DNA of 61,569 nucleotides, the filler included. It is 5 parts of 5 records of this genome, joined end to end, with 100 filler letters (N's around TTAATTAATTAA, not from the genome) between each part and the next. Parts side by side here need not be neighbours in the genome. Positions count along the whole stretch, not along the records: positions 32,619 to 49,090 come from DRR378314_9; 4 more parts are not named here. One strand, given 5' to 3'. The position numbers and the translations under genes were made by a program. Below are positions 36,030 through 49,190 of the stretch, one piece after another; position 1 is the stretch's first letter; each line of letters begins with the position of its first letter. The notes under the pieces are model-generated. The model was not told the DNA's origin. It saw only the letters and a program-made list of their open reading frames with translations, and ran no database searches.

Positions 36030-38798
36030 CTACGCGCTCTTGGCCTTGCGCGGAACGCCATTGACGTACTCCGAGCGGATCCGGTTGAGCGTTCGGAACG
36101 GAAGGAACACAGAGAGGGACGCGACGAGCGTGAACGTCAACCATTCGCGCTGTATGGTGCGAAAGATGAGAGCGCCACATCATGAGTCAGGGAGCAGTTG
36201 CAGAATGCGACGAAAAATATCCAAAAAATTCAGCGGGGTGGCTCGGCCATGGATTTTCAAGAAATGAAGGCTCGAGCGCACTGCGAACGCTGGCAAGGAC
36301 ACTGGGACCTACCCATCGATGGCTACGGGTAGGAGTGAGGCAAACATCGCGACCATTCGAGGTGGCGCAGCGACTGAAACACGCGCGTTGCGTAGCTCCC
36401 GCATTCATCGCAAAATCCAGACAGGTGAAATAAGGCGCTTTCCTTTCCAGAAACACGGGGTTCCGCGCAACCATCTTCATCGCCTCTCTTTCGCGCCGTT
36501 GTAAGACACTTACCTCGTGCGAGCGGCCGACGAGCTTGAGCGGGAACGTGAGCGCGCCCGAGCGGCCCGTGATCACATCGCCCTCAGCCGACTCACGGTA
36601 CGTGACCTCGCATGCAGGAATCGACACCTTGCTCACCTGCAGGGCGCCATATATTCCGCGAGGGAATATGAAAGACGTCGAGAAGTAACCGGGTGATTAG
36701 GAACACGGTCATATCGGGGCGCATAACGTACAGGCGTGCGCAGCCCCAGCTGCCCACGCATCGCGTCGCACTGTCGTTGTGTTGACGAGAGGCATCGCGA
36801 CCCGTGGCGCCTCGGGCGCACCCACGCTCTTGCAAAGAAACAGACGATGGCCTTTCGCCAAAGAAAAAAACCACACGCGCTCGCAGTCATTCTCACCATG
36901 CGCCATGAACGTACATCCACGACTACGGACACAGTGACCGTCTTGGTCTCGCCAGGCGCGATTGCATCAAAGGATCCCTGGGCGTCGCCAGAAACAGCGA
37001 GTCCGCTCTCGGTAATGGCAGAATCCGTAAACGAAACATCATATGCCGCTCTGCAGCATACACGAGTGAATAAAGACCAAGAGTTAGTGCCAAGGAAATA
37101 GAGAAACAATTGCATAAATTCCCATATCGAATGCAGCAACTTTGATGTCACATTCAAAGAGAAGAGCGCCCATATGGCCAGCAGCGGAGGGTTCGCGAGG
37201 AACACCTCGGTGAGAAAAAAGCACGTAGCTCGCTATCAACACAGAGGAACTCGAAACAAAAAAGGGCCGCTTTGCTCGCGCCACTTCACAATGTAGTGTT
37301 AGGCAACTCAATGGTGCAGCTGCGAGTTTCGGAAGTGAATAAGTGACGCTTTTGTGCCCGAGCGCACACCAGGCTGCGCAAACGCCGTAGGAGACGCCGG
37401 CTGCTGCTCGCGGAAGGGAAACGTACGCGAGACCGCGGTTGGAAACGACGTAGGTGAGAGTGACGTTCTCGCCGTCCGAGACCGTGTCCGCGTTCGCAAA
37501 CACGCGCCCAAAGGCGATCATGGGTCCTTCCGCAGGGTTACCGAGGATTTTTTCTTCCTCGGCGTACGCAAAAGCGACAACGCACACGAGAACAATGGCA
37601 AGCTGGACGACAGAGAACGCGCGGCCGAACGAGAGCGAAGTGAGCGGACCCCGACGGCTGCCCAACCTCGACACCGCAGAGAGTGCGACATTGTTCGGGC
37701 AATCTTTCCGGCCCTGGAAGCGGAAACAGTACGTACTAGCGACCATCATGCCGCCATATGGATGAAATCCATTCTTTGTGCTCCATAATGCGTTGTAGTA
37801 TTTGTTGAATCAAAAGTGCGGGCAATGCGCAGCGTTTATGCGCACATAGCTCGCGTTCGCACAGGCGAGGGGCGGTCGCAAGCGCGCGAAGAGCATACGC
37901 ACGTGAGGAGCGTTGCGACGCGGAAAACAAAAAAGTACTGCACAACGCCTTGCGGAGCAGCACTAGCGCACCCTACAAAGCAGCAAAGACTTTGTTATCA
38001 AAGAACTCTTTCTATCTTGGACAAGCCGCGCAACATCAATGATCCGCCACTGCCAACCAGACACTATGGAGCCCGCTCGCAGACACAGCCGAACCACGAA
38101 GCTCTGCGCCGTCACCGTCGCAAAGGCCAGCGGAAAGCGGTTGTCCACCGGGCTGACCGCCGTACAAGAGGCAACCTATGTACGGCACAGCGCGGCACCC
38201 GCGACCCCCCGATGCCGGCGCAGAACGATGTACATCTCTCTACTACTTTGTTTTGCCTGTATACACACTGCCTCTGACTCTCGCCCCGTGCGCCTCCCGC
38301 AACAGGCTTGCCGCCGAACAGGGAGCACCACCAGCGCAGGGCGAGGAGGTGCGCAGGCTCACAGCCCTGGCGGCAGACGTTGCAGCGTAACCACGCAGGA
38401 AACAAAGCTGCTACCGCGCCTTCTCTTCGCACGCGGCAGTGTCTTCAGCGAGAGGCAATCGACTTCACCGGACTCAAAAAAAATTACTTGCATAGTCATA
38501 TTTTCCTTTACCTATGCGCTATGCGTGCTCTGCCCTGTCGCAGCAAGCAACACCCGCTCGAGTGAACGCAGCGCAATTGCGCTCGGGTCGCAAGCGCGCT
38601 GTGGTTCTGCAGGAGGGCCCCCGGTTTCTGTTCTTCCGTGACGAGCGGCTTCGCAACTAAAAAGCTTACGACGACAGATCCGTGGACTGCAACCACCACC
38701 TCCAGTACCAAAACCGACGGTGTGAAGAAAATACGATGTCGTGACGGTGAAATTGTGGATGACGATATTGGTAGAGCCGACGAAACGCGCACCTTCAT
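36030..38798 (-). CDS. SSR2: Translocon-associated protein beta; exons 38798-38793, 37602-37427, 37050-36915, 36636-36514, 36149-36030
   Basis: MK|LAIVLVCVVAFAYA signal; NVTLTYVVSNRG..AAYDVSFTD..FDAIAPGE..EVTYR..; C-terminal REWLTFTLVASLSVFLPF TM plus basic tail. Confidence 0.85.
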
Positions 38799-39221
38799 GA
38801 TCTATTCTTGCGCAAGAGTGGAGAGAACTACCAGGCAGAGCCAGTGCTGAGCCGTGAGAAGTGCGAGTGAGCACTGTGCGACTGCGCGTCAGGACAGATG
38901 ATGGTCTGCATTGTAGGGCGTCGCTTTTTTACCCTCGGGCAGAAAGCAGTGGCTCTCTGCCTTTTCTTGCGATCTCTTCCTAGCAGCAGAACAAAGTAAA
39001 GAAGATCGCACATGGATTTCGCAGATATCCAAAACACAATAAATTCATTTATGCGCTTATTCATGGCGAGAAACAGCGCATCCGATGGTGAAAGAAGAGG
39101 AAAGGGTTTGCCATTTGTGAACCGTCGCGGACAAGCGGAGCCTGCGAAGCAGTTCAACCAAAGAAAAAAATCAAGGTTGAAGTGTATATATACAAAAAAT
39201 TAACCCAGTGGAGCAAGAGCC

Positions 39222-39294
39222 GCCACTGTAGCTCAGTCGGTAGAGCAGGCGCTTCGTAAGCGTCAGGTCCCGGGTTCGATCCCCGGCGGTGGCT
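39222..39294 (+). tRNA. tRNA-Thr(CGT), intronless
   Basis: Acceptor stem GCCACTG/CGGTGGC, D arm TAGCTCAGTCGGTAGAGC, anticodon arm GGCGC-TTCGTAA-GCGTC, T arm CCGGG-TTCGATC-CCCGG; TATA-like run ~30 nt upstream; downstream oligo-T Pol III terminator at ~39306. Confidence 0.97.
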
Positions 39295-39869
39295 TTAAAC
39301 CCCCTTTTTTTTTCCCACTTTCTGTCGCGCGGTGTGTCACAAGCTATGCAACTTGCTGCCCAAAACGCAGTGCCCCTTTGTGGGAATCGAGACATCGCCG
39401 TGTTGCTCTTCACTGCTTGCTTTGATGCGGCAGTGGGAAGAACTTTTAGTTCTATGAAAACGCAAAATACGCCATGCAGTCTGCTGTATTTTTGCTTCTT
39501 GTTGCAGGCTGGCGAAGGAAATCGGACAACGCTTGCACTGCAGCGAGGCGATGCAAGCGCCGCTGTATAGGTGCGAATTTGTCGCATGCACATTGGGGTA
39601 GGGCTTGTCTGTTTGATCAAATGTATGGGTATACAAGACTGGAGTAACAAACTGTCAAGATGTGGATTGGAAACACCTTGCGCACGCAAGCGATCAGCCA
39701 CCGCGCTGGGGCTTTGTTTGGGCTTGCTGCGGCCGGCCCGCCGCCGGGCACCTGACGTGTCTCACACGCGCACGTCCTCTGTGCCTTTCTCGGTCGCGCC
39801 CTGCCAGCACCGCCCAGAGGACAACGCCCCGCGAGGGCGGCGCCACCGAACGAGACCGGGAGCGAAGCG

Positions 39870-42763
39870 ATGAGCGGTACGAATGATCGCGAGCGGCTCG
39901 ATTTTGTTCAATCGCTTCCCGATCGGCTGCATATTTCATGCGATGCTCCGTAGGTTTATCATGATGTGCGGCTTTGCGCGCCAGTCGGCGTTGGTGGGGG
40001 AGAGCACTTGCGCGCGGAAATGAGCTGTGCCAAACGGGGCAGCGCCCAAGCCTCGTGCGTGTGCGACCTGCGCACTTTGCTCGCGCGCGAGCGAAGAGCT
40101 TTTTTTTTTTCTTTTTCGGCCCTGGCGCGTTCTCCCCCCTTCTTCTCTTCCTCATAGCAGTAGGAAATAGACAACCGCAGCCATGGGAAACCTATATTTC
40201 CCTCTGCGTTGTGATGAAAAGGTCCAAGTGCGATGCGAGCCGCTCGCGCCATGGCTGCTGCCTTGCGCGCGAAGCGGTACTCCGCGTTCTGCGCGTGCAC
40301 GTCCTCTCTCGCACTGCCGACGCGCCGCTCGAGCTTTTCGCCCTCTGAGCTGCTTGTCCCCTGCGACGCCCTATATTTCTCCTTGAAGCGGCCGTTCGTT
40401 TGGGTTTTCGTCCACGCTCAACGACACTTCTTTTATTGGAGAACGCGCATCACAGCAGGTAGAAATTCTATCCCGGTTGGTGCTGGATTGCTCGCTCTTC
40501 CGTGCTTCGCCGCCGCGCGGGGCTTGCTTCCAGCGCCGCTGGCGCTGCCGCGGGTTCGCTGGCGCTTCTGGAGGGGTGCCGTGTGCTCCCCGCGCGCCCT
40601 CTCCGCAGAAGCAACAGAGCTGCCAAAACCGCGAAGATTTTGCGACCTTGACTGCAGTATTGTGACGATAATTATGTACTACGGTTTTTGTATTTTTGTT
40701 TATCGCGGCGATCGCCTTTTCCAGTGCATAATAATGATGATCTGATGGACGGCAGCGTGCTCGAAGGCACTACGCTTGACGAGCCTGTGTGGGACACAGT
40801 GGTACGTCGCTCGTGCAAACGACTCCTCCCGCCCTGCAAGAAATAGTGCGCACGCCCTGCATCATGCTGCCGATTTCCGATATGATGCAGATAGTAATTC
40901 TATCAAGCATTCGTGATGCGCACCTTCGGAGTGGGACATTGGCAGTGGAGCCGGGAGTGGCGCTTCGATCTCGCGTGGGCGAGTGTCTGCCTTGGGCGCG
41001 CTAAGAGCTCAAGACGCCGCCCAGGGCACTAGTCAACGCACAGCGGCGAGCAAAAGGCGTCGCCTCGCCCGCCCGTGTCCGCCGGGCCCTCGATACGGCA
41101 CAGTGGATGTAGAAGCTGTGGCAAACATCGAGACCATTGGTCAGGTTCTTATTCACACGTCACGTTTGGCTCGGCGTGTCGACTTCGTCTCTCACTGTCT
41201 CTCACGTAGCGATTTCCTTCCGTTTGACCATTCCGCGAAGCCGTGGTCTCGTGCAGCACAACATTCCGGTACAGGGTACTCAAAATTTTTTTGCTGGTCT
41301 CTGTATCGGTCCATTCAGCTGCTAAAATCGCTCTCGCTTTGCACCATTTCGTACCGAGATGGTTGCGTGGTAGAGCGCGGCGTTTGTGTGTACATCCGTG
41401 AAACATGCTCTTGTCCTCCACTGGCTCCGCTTCTGAAGCGCTGCCTCGGAGGTGTGCGAGCACACTCTTGCTCTCGTCTGGTTGACGGCGCGCGTGCAAA
41501 GGCCTGTGTGCACGCGCTCTGCGCTAGTTGCAGGACCCTCGTGTGCGCGCGTAGTTTGCCGGCTCGTCGCAAGTTTATCGCCATGCTTCCGTGATGTGCA
41601 CGCTCTGCCGTACATGCAGAACATTCCGTTACGATCGTGCTCGCTCCTGTCGTGACCCCTTCATTTGCAAGTACAAACCTAGCCGTCTTTGCTTGCCCTG
41701 ACCTCGCGTGTTGGCCCGGTACTCGAAATACCTTTTTTTGTGGCTACAGAAACGTGACCTTCTGCATGTCGCTCGGAAGCTTCAGTTTGTCATCATTCCG
41801 CGCGGTAGAAGCATGAAAGAGGAGCTACGAAACTGTACGTTTGCCCGCGTGCCTCGCCTTGCGATTCCTTTCCCATTGCACTCGATGGCAAAAGAGTCTG
41901 GTGTACAAATTGAGTCGCTACCCATACTCGAAGCAGGCAAGCTTCTTCCACAACGCAGCAGAGCTTGCGCATATCACTCGCATGCGTCTGAGGGAAGTTG
42001 CGGCTGTAATTTTTGCGCAGCGTATGTGCAACGCAACCTCGTGAGCTGACCTCGCCCGCGCCGCTCTGCTGCCTGCTGTGTACGTCTGCGCGCTTCTCCG
42101 CTTGTTTGCCCAGGGGATCTATGGGGCCCGCTCTTTCTCTGCCTGTTTCTTGCGATCTTGTTGAGTTTCAGTGCTCCCGCGTCGCAGTCGGCGCTGATTT
42201 TCTCGACGATTTTCGTTATTATCTGGGCTGGGGCAGCGGTCGTGACGCTGAATGTCAAGTTACTCGGGGGCCACGCCTCGTTTTTCCAGAGCATTTGCGT
42301 GTTAGGCTACTGTATATTCCCCCTTGTGCTTTCTGCAATGCTGACTGCAATTTTCAAAGCGCTGACATTTAAAGCAATTGTCATTGGCGGAGCGTTCTTT
42401 TGGTCATGCAAAGGTGCGTCGGGATGACTCGGCGCATCTCGTAGCCTCTCCTGCAATTGAAGCCTCCTTTCCAACGGGCTCTTCCACCACCAGGATGAGC
42501 GCTGAGGGTCGGAAAAAGCTGCCGCAGCGGACAGCCCATCGCATTCCGATATTCACCGCCCTTTGAGTTTTGCTGACAAGGAACTTGCACCGTGCTCCTT
42601 GCCGCTGTTTTCTTTTCCGTGCGGTGTGCGTTTTTCTTGGCGTTTCGCTGTGGCAGCTTCGCTCGGCTTCATGTCCGAGCTCGTACCTGCGTCCCGCCGA
42701 TTACTCGCCGTGTACCCAGTTGTGCTCTTCTACATGACTCTGTCGTGGACAATTCTTATCCAG
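39870..42763 (+). CDS. YIPF6: Yip1-domain Golgi protein (YIPF6/Yip4-like); exons ~39870-39876, 40725-40801, 41750-41834, 42114-42413, 42657-42763; stop exon unresolved
   Basis: TLDEPVWDTVKRDL, LRNWDLWGPLFLCLFLA, VVTLNVKLLGGHASFFQSICVLGYCIFPL, RRLLAVYPVVLFY. Confidence 0.93.
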
Positions 42764-43956
42764 GTACGTCATATTTATGTTGCTCACTCGAGGACTTCTG
42801 AGTTCGTGTTCTCTCCCAGACGCGTTTCTTTTCTCTTCGAGCAATGTTTTGTCCCGTCGTCGAAGGAAAGCCTCTCCGCATGATAGAGCGCGAGCGAATG
42901 CCCTTCGCGCCCACATGGCGCGCATATCTACCTCGCTTTTCGCATTCGTTTTTTCCTTTTGCCCGCTGCAACACGATATTTTTTGCCTAGTGCAAGCGTT
43001 TCTCTGCCTGTGCCGTGTCGATTGCGCACTCATGTTGCATCGCGCCCTTCTCCGTCTTTAATTCCGCAACGCACGCAGTAACGTACGCGCTATGCGCGAA
43101 TGACGAGCTCGCGTCTCCGGCGGCGTGCTGGATATCTCTGTTGGCGCCGCTCTGCCGCCCACCCTGTGTTGTATTGTGCTTACAAGCGGTTTGTTCCACT
43201 CGCATGCCTTGCGCATGTGTCTGTGGGGGCCTAGAGGCGCCAACGCTTCGTCGCTATGGATGAGCAACAATGAATGTGAATGTTTGATTCCGTGCGTCCG
43301 TGTGCGACAATAGCGGCGCAAGGCTCACAGCAGCTGCGGCAGCCTGGTGGCTTGGCGGGTACCATTTCACACTGCATGTATTGCATTCATCAAACACATG
43401 TTCCCATACGACAGGCGCAAAAATGGATGCGGCAAATAGCATGCTACGACTTGGCCAGCACACGCGCATCGAAATCCTGTGCAGGATTCCTGCACGAGAC
43501 CTACAAAAGCGGCAATGCAACTACACAAGCCGACGCCAAGCACCCATCGCCATCAAAACATCAAACAAACACAAAGTAGATCACCAGCAGCAAAATGTAC
43601 ACAGCCCCTATGCTGAGGCTTCCTCGACAAATAATAAACAACAAGTTACACTTTCTGAAAAGCTCCCCGCCCACGTTTTGAGAGAATTCAAGGCACGCCA
43701 CATGTTCGCTGCACAAGCAGCGGCAAGTGGCGCTCTTCTCTCGAGGGAGCCACCTTTCGGCGACGACGCCATCCGGTCGACAGCGGGAGCTCGCGCGCAA
43801 ATGCACTGCACTCACAGCTATGGGAACGCCATGGCGATGAAACAGGACCTTGCGTGCGCACCACGCGGCTCGCCCGCGCAGCGACTTCCTGGCGTCGCGC
43901 ACGAGCGCCGAACGGGCTCAACTGTCGCATGGCAGGTGCGGAAACGTCGCGCGCGG

Positions 43957-46237
43957 CTATACGCTCTGCGCCTCCCCAGTGGCGCCCAGCGCTTCAGGCA
44001 GTCCTTCCCGCAGCGACGCCGCCTCGCTGTACACGCGATCACGGAAGCATTGCGCTTCGTGCACTAGCCGATCGCACACCGCTTCAAGAGCAACGCGGCC
44101 GCGGCTGGCATTGCCACAAGCAAGCGAGATCATGCTCTTTTCCAGCAGCCCGCTCACTCCGCGCGGGAACGCCCTGACGATGAACTCCTGCCGAAAGTGC
44201 GTCCTGCAAGTCGAATCAACAACACAGACATGCCGCACAGAACCGTAAAGCACCGCATGAGCCATGGCGCGCCTAAGCATGTCCCGCGTCCGTCGGCGCC
44301 GCTGCACCCACTCTCAGCGATGTGTTCCGCAAAGCACGACTAGCAGATTGGGCGCGTAAACAAACACGCAAACGGAATCAACATATCTGAAGCCAATTTC
44401 TCCCACCGCGAGTGCACAGGACGGGGCAATGAAGAATTATGTAGACGCTTATACCTCTTAGCGTACCATTCAGGATTCTCTGGATGAGGCTCGTACGTGC
44501 AAACCTCTTGCACTTCCGCTACGTCGGACATGGAAATGTTCGTAGTTCGGAGGACGAGGCGTTTGTTTACGGGATCAACTTCCGACTCTTCCCGCATTTC
44601 CGCATAATTTCCACCCACAAGCTGTTCAGAACAGCACCGGCACAATGACAAAGGAACATTTCAAACAAGAGAAATAAGAACAGAGACGCGCAGCAACCAT
44701 ACTGCGGGAGAGAGAGAAAGAAAGAGGCAAGTCGCATACTGGCGCCCGAGGTAGTGCTCTTGCACGCAACGAGGGCCTTTGCCAGCGGCCTTGCTTATCA
44801 GTCTCATTTACGCAGCGAGACGAAGACACAGAAAGCGGTCGCCCACTTTTTTTTTAAAAAAAACTCTTCGAACAATAAGCAGAGCTCTGTATTGGAGTAT
44901 GTAGCATTGTGCATGCTTCCCCAGATATCGGAAACCGCATCAGCGTGCAACATGCGCTCTCGCTCGCGCCTTTTGGCGCGTCGAGCAGTGCCGGGGGCCC
45001 ACGGCGCAGCTCGCTCGCGCAGCTGCAGCACAGTGGAAATAGCACGACACCAACACACCACCAGCTGCTGAAGGCATGCAATACAAGCACAAGTATGAAT
45101 TGCGATGCGCATTACGTACCTTGGAAGCCCAGCTAGGAACGGGAGACGTGGTCGTGATCAAGCGAGTCGAATACAGCTTCCCAGTACTCGGGTCAACAGA
45201 GCGGTGCGCAACCTGTACGTCGACCACCTGAGGGCAAAGCTGGTTCGGATACTTTTGCCAGTGCGCCGAGGACACGAGGTCCCACGGATGCCTGCGAAAG
45301 AAACAGCAGCGTCAAAGCACATTGGCACAAATGATGAATACATCGTCAGGAACGCTCTGTAGGGGCATTCGCGCCGCGGCCGCTAGCGCGTGCCCCCTCG
45401 AGGTACGCGAGAGAACTGGCTCCCAAAGCTGTCGCGACCAGCTCTGCGCCGGGCTATTCTGCGTGCAGCACGTCGCCGCGCCAAGAAAACGAAGACGGAG
45501 AATTCGCAATTCTCTAGCAGCTCGTTCACCCACTCGCCTATCCATATACCGAAATTTCTTCACCTACACATACACAATACTGCAGAAAACGTGGGAATTG
45601 GGGTGCATGCGACATATACTGGGTAGGAGGGAAGAGCAGAAACTTATTGAGAACGCGGCTTGGGATCGCTCGGAACTTTCTCTGATCGGCACCGCGGCAT
45701 CTACAGCGTGCGCAAGCGAGGCAAGGCGCTGCAGAGGCACGCAGAACCGGCCCATACTACCGATCTTAACCCCATTCAATACACGATCATCACGCTACAA
45801 ACAAATGCAAGCACCCTCCACGTTTCTCCAGTCGGCGAAAGCATCCTTGGAAGCAGAGCAGCGCGCGGGCGTACGTGGAGGCGCGCCGCACGAGCAAGCG
45901 GCGACGCCGACTTCAGCGCCAAGGGGGGTCGTGTGCGCGACCACGCTCAAACTTCACACGAAGCCCCCCGGAGAGATACCGAAGAGGCGAAAATGGAAGC
46001 ACACGCCAACACCAGCGCATGCACTTCCAGAAAGCCACACAAGACCATATTTTTTCACGCATACATGCCACAAGGCCTACAGGCAGCAAGTTTGGGTTGC
46101 CCGGCGAAGAGAACTGGCAGAAAGCAGAGCGCACGCCACAGCAACAGTCACTGCACGCACACACGCCACTACGCCAGGGCAGCACGCTTCGGGCCACCAA
46201 CGTACTTGTATGTATACTCGCGCTCTGCTTGTTTCAT
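43957..46237 (-). CDS. PRELI/MSF1 (Ups/PRELID3/Slmo-like) mitochondrial lipid-transfer protein; exons 46237-46206, 45291-45120, 44621-44467, 44203-43957
   Basis: MKQAEREYTYKHPWDLVSSAHWQKYPN..VVDVQVAHRSVD..GKLYSTRLI..EESEVDP..LRTTNIS..EVCTYEPHPENPEWTHFRQE..NASRGRVALEAV. Confidence 0.93.
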
Positions 46238-47267
46238 GCCACTCTACCACAATGGCCACACTACGAAAAGTGTGTGCAAACGAGATCAAACGGTTGTGAA
46301 ACGAGGATAAGAAGCGGAGGTAGCGCAGGCAGCTTTCCCAGCGCCACGCGACCGCTTACGGCACAGAGGTGCTCGCACAAGCAGGGGCTCAGGAGAAGAT
46401 TCCTTGTCGACCTCTCGCTCGCGCGCGTGTGCGGCACGACACTCCCGACAGCCACGCGTACGCATGTGCAGTCCCGTGACGAGACAAATACGGAAACTGT
46501 GACAGAAGTAATGTACCGATTCTTAGTACTCTATCATCCCAATCAATTTAAGCACGTAATACTACGTGTAACTAGGTTTATAGTAAAAAGGGATATACTC
46601 GTTCCCCGTTTCGCGAGCAACGTGATGGTTGTGGTTCTAGGTTCGTGTGGTACTTCCGAGCATACCATCGGCGGTGCTTCGTTGTTTCAACCAAAACAGT
46701 TGCAAGGGCGGTACTTCCGATCCCGTATGACAAATGGCAACACAGTCGGTGCGACGATCGCCCTGAAAATGCAGCAACCAATATCTCCTTCAATGACAAA
46801 GAGGATCCCTAGAGCTTCGCCAGCGAAGGATTGTGCGCGGTGGAGAATGGCATTGCGCCAGGTCCCTCGCTACTCGCGGCGATTCGCTTACTCCATATCC
46901 ATGGCTGACCATGACAGCAATTTTCGCTACATTCGGTGCAGGATCCTCTCGCCGTTCTCAGCAACTACCCTACCATGATGAGAAAGCGCTTCTCGGGAAA
47001 ATGAGCAATCTGCCAACAGGGTGCGAGCAAGCCATGTCCCGTAGGAAAGTGGAGGTGAAGCGAGCACGGTGCGTGTGAAAGAGCCTGCCATACAATTTCC
47101 TTCGTCGGGCAGATCTTCAAGCACAGGAGAGGGGCACCGCAAATACATTTATAGCTACATTTCCAAATTCAAAATACGCCGGCACTGGGCAGAGACATTG
47201 GGTGGGGAAGTACTGCATCTATGGGGCAACATTTTCCTTCCTCCTTTGTTTCGACGATGCTCACGAT

Positions 47268-48612
47268 TCAGGATCGGTTGAGAGCACTTGCGACCTCTTT
47301 TCGCAGTCGAGCAAGCTGCAGTATAGACCAGACAAGGACAAAGAAATCAGCAGATCGATCACGTCATAAGCAAGCACATAGACACAACCTTGCATCTATA
47401 GCTCTTGTCTTTGCGCACGGTAGCGGAACACTGCGATACCATATTCGGACAGGATCGCGTACCTGGGCACGCTGTTCGTCAGAGAGCGATTTCGCAACGT
47501 CCACATCGAGATCGCGGCCTGTTGCGGGCCCGTCTACCGAGTCTAAATATTTTCGCCATTCTTGCAGGAAGGGACCCATAAACTGTTCATCTGCTCGCTG
47601 AGATTCATAACAGTGTGAATTAGGAGTGCAATGACCGTCAGAAAGTTGTGCCTCCGCAGCGTGTATACCACAGGAAAAGCACGCGCGCGTCCGCACTGTG
47701 CACTCCTTGTAGAACCATCCGAGTGGCAATGAGATCGCGCCAGCGCTTCAGCAGCCAGTTCCCAGCAAATTTTCGGTAATTATACGATGAAAGTTACGCT
47801 CATTACTTTATTAGGGGACATGCGCGGAGAGAGATTGTGCAAGCAGAGGACGAACGCAGGAGGGAGGGAATGCGCGCGCGTACCTGGTGGCGCCGGAATT
47901 CGTCGCGCACGTAAGCATCTCCGATCTCTCGCAGCGCGGGCGGAAGCCTTTGCGATACGTTGCAAGAACAGATTGAGAAAACGGAAAGCAGAAAGGGGAA
48001 AACCGCGCCGTGCATAGAAGTACCAGGATGAGCGGGGAGCGTTGCATGTCTCAGCCGTACCGCAAGCTCGTGCTTCTCGCACAATACCGTACACTCGCAA
48101 GACTCGTTGCCTTGGCTTCAAAGCCCATGGCAAGGACGCCAAGTCTGAGGCTCAACCTGTTTGACGGCAGCACACGCACTATGCACCACAGCGCCGCGAA
48201 TGCCTGCCGTCTTCATTGGATGCAAGAAATCAAAGTTTGTACATGCACATCTTCTGCGACGCAGGCACTATGTAGCCCATATGCAGGAGAAGCAGCGCGC
48301 ACGCAAAGGTAGCAACCCTCGCTTGTGCGACAGAAGTGCGCAAGTGTGCACAACGCAGCGCAGACACGTGCTAGGCGAAGAAGCGCGCAAGCCAATGCAA
48401 GGTAATAGTACGGGCGAAGGAGCCTACGTCAAGTTTTCGCATTAATACGAAGAGCACGGTCATACTCGAGAGAATGCGCGTGCAAAGCCACCAGTCTCTC
48501 TAAAGCAGCCGCGCCCAAGCCTTCGCCCGCGCTGATCGCGCGACAAAACGCACCGCCGACCGTGCGCGCGCAGAATGTTGCGATAAAGCACGAGCGCTTC
48601 CTTCGTAAGCAT
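47268..48612 (-). CDS. SDHAF3: Succinate dehydrogenase assembly factor 3 (ACN9/Sdh7, LYR family); exons 48612-48554, 47947-47884, 47597-47463, 47315-47268
   Basis: [57 protein letters not shown]. Confidence 0.93.
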
Positions 48613-49090
48613 GGCACGCCAAGGAAGACAGGAAGAAATGCCTTTTCCTTTGCCAAGCAGTTCGTAGAAATTTTTTGTTTGTTTATAAATCGCAAATACG
48701 ACTTGTCCGCGTGGCTGCCACCGACGCAATGGCGCGGCGATGTGTGTGGCGGCGCGCACGATCAACGTCGTGCTGTGCGCAGCAACGCGGACCCGCAGAG
48801 CGCACCTTGGCACGCGCGCGCTCTTGACATGTGAGACACTGTCGTACGTGCAACACGAGCGCGCCGAACAAACTCCATGTCTTTAACCCTATTTCCCCAA
48901 CCAAGTTATAGCGTGTTTCCTGGGCTGCCCTCTGCCGGTCACTCCGCGCTCGCAGAGCGCGCAAACGTGTGTTGTAGCCGGACGCCGTTTTGCCGCTTCT
49001 CTGACGCGGTTTCCCTGTTTGTCGTGACCGTTTCATTTTCAAGCTTTACACCAGGATCGTCTATTCCGGCGATATCGAAACCGTTGACGA

Positions 49091-49190
49091 NNNNNNNNNN
49101 NNNNNNNNNNNNNNNNNNNNNNNNNNNNNNNNNNTTAATTAATTAANNNNNNNNNNNNNNNNNNNNNNNNNNNNNNNNNNNNNNNNNNNN
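49091..49190. other. Artificial contig spacer
   Basis: 44N-TTAATTAATTAA-44N. Confidence 0.97.

Noticed and set aside
45322-46978. 325-aa and 367-aa plus-strand ORFs
   Set aside because: Antisense to the PRELI first intron and upstream region; no recognisable domain
33939-48612. Functional cluster of ER/Golgi (SelK, TRAP-beta, YIPF6) and mitochondrial (PRELI, SDHAF3) genes
   Set aside because: Mixed orientations and unrelated pathways; no shared motif seen; compatible with an ordinary housekeeping-dense region
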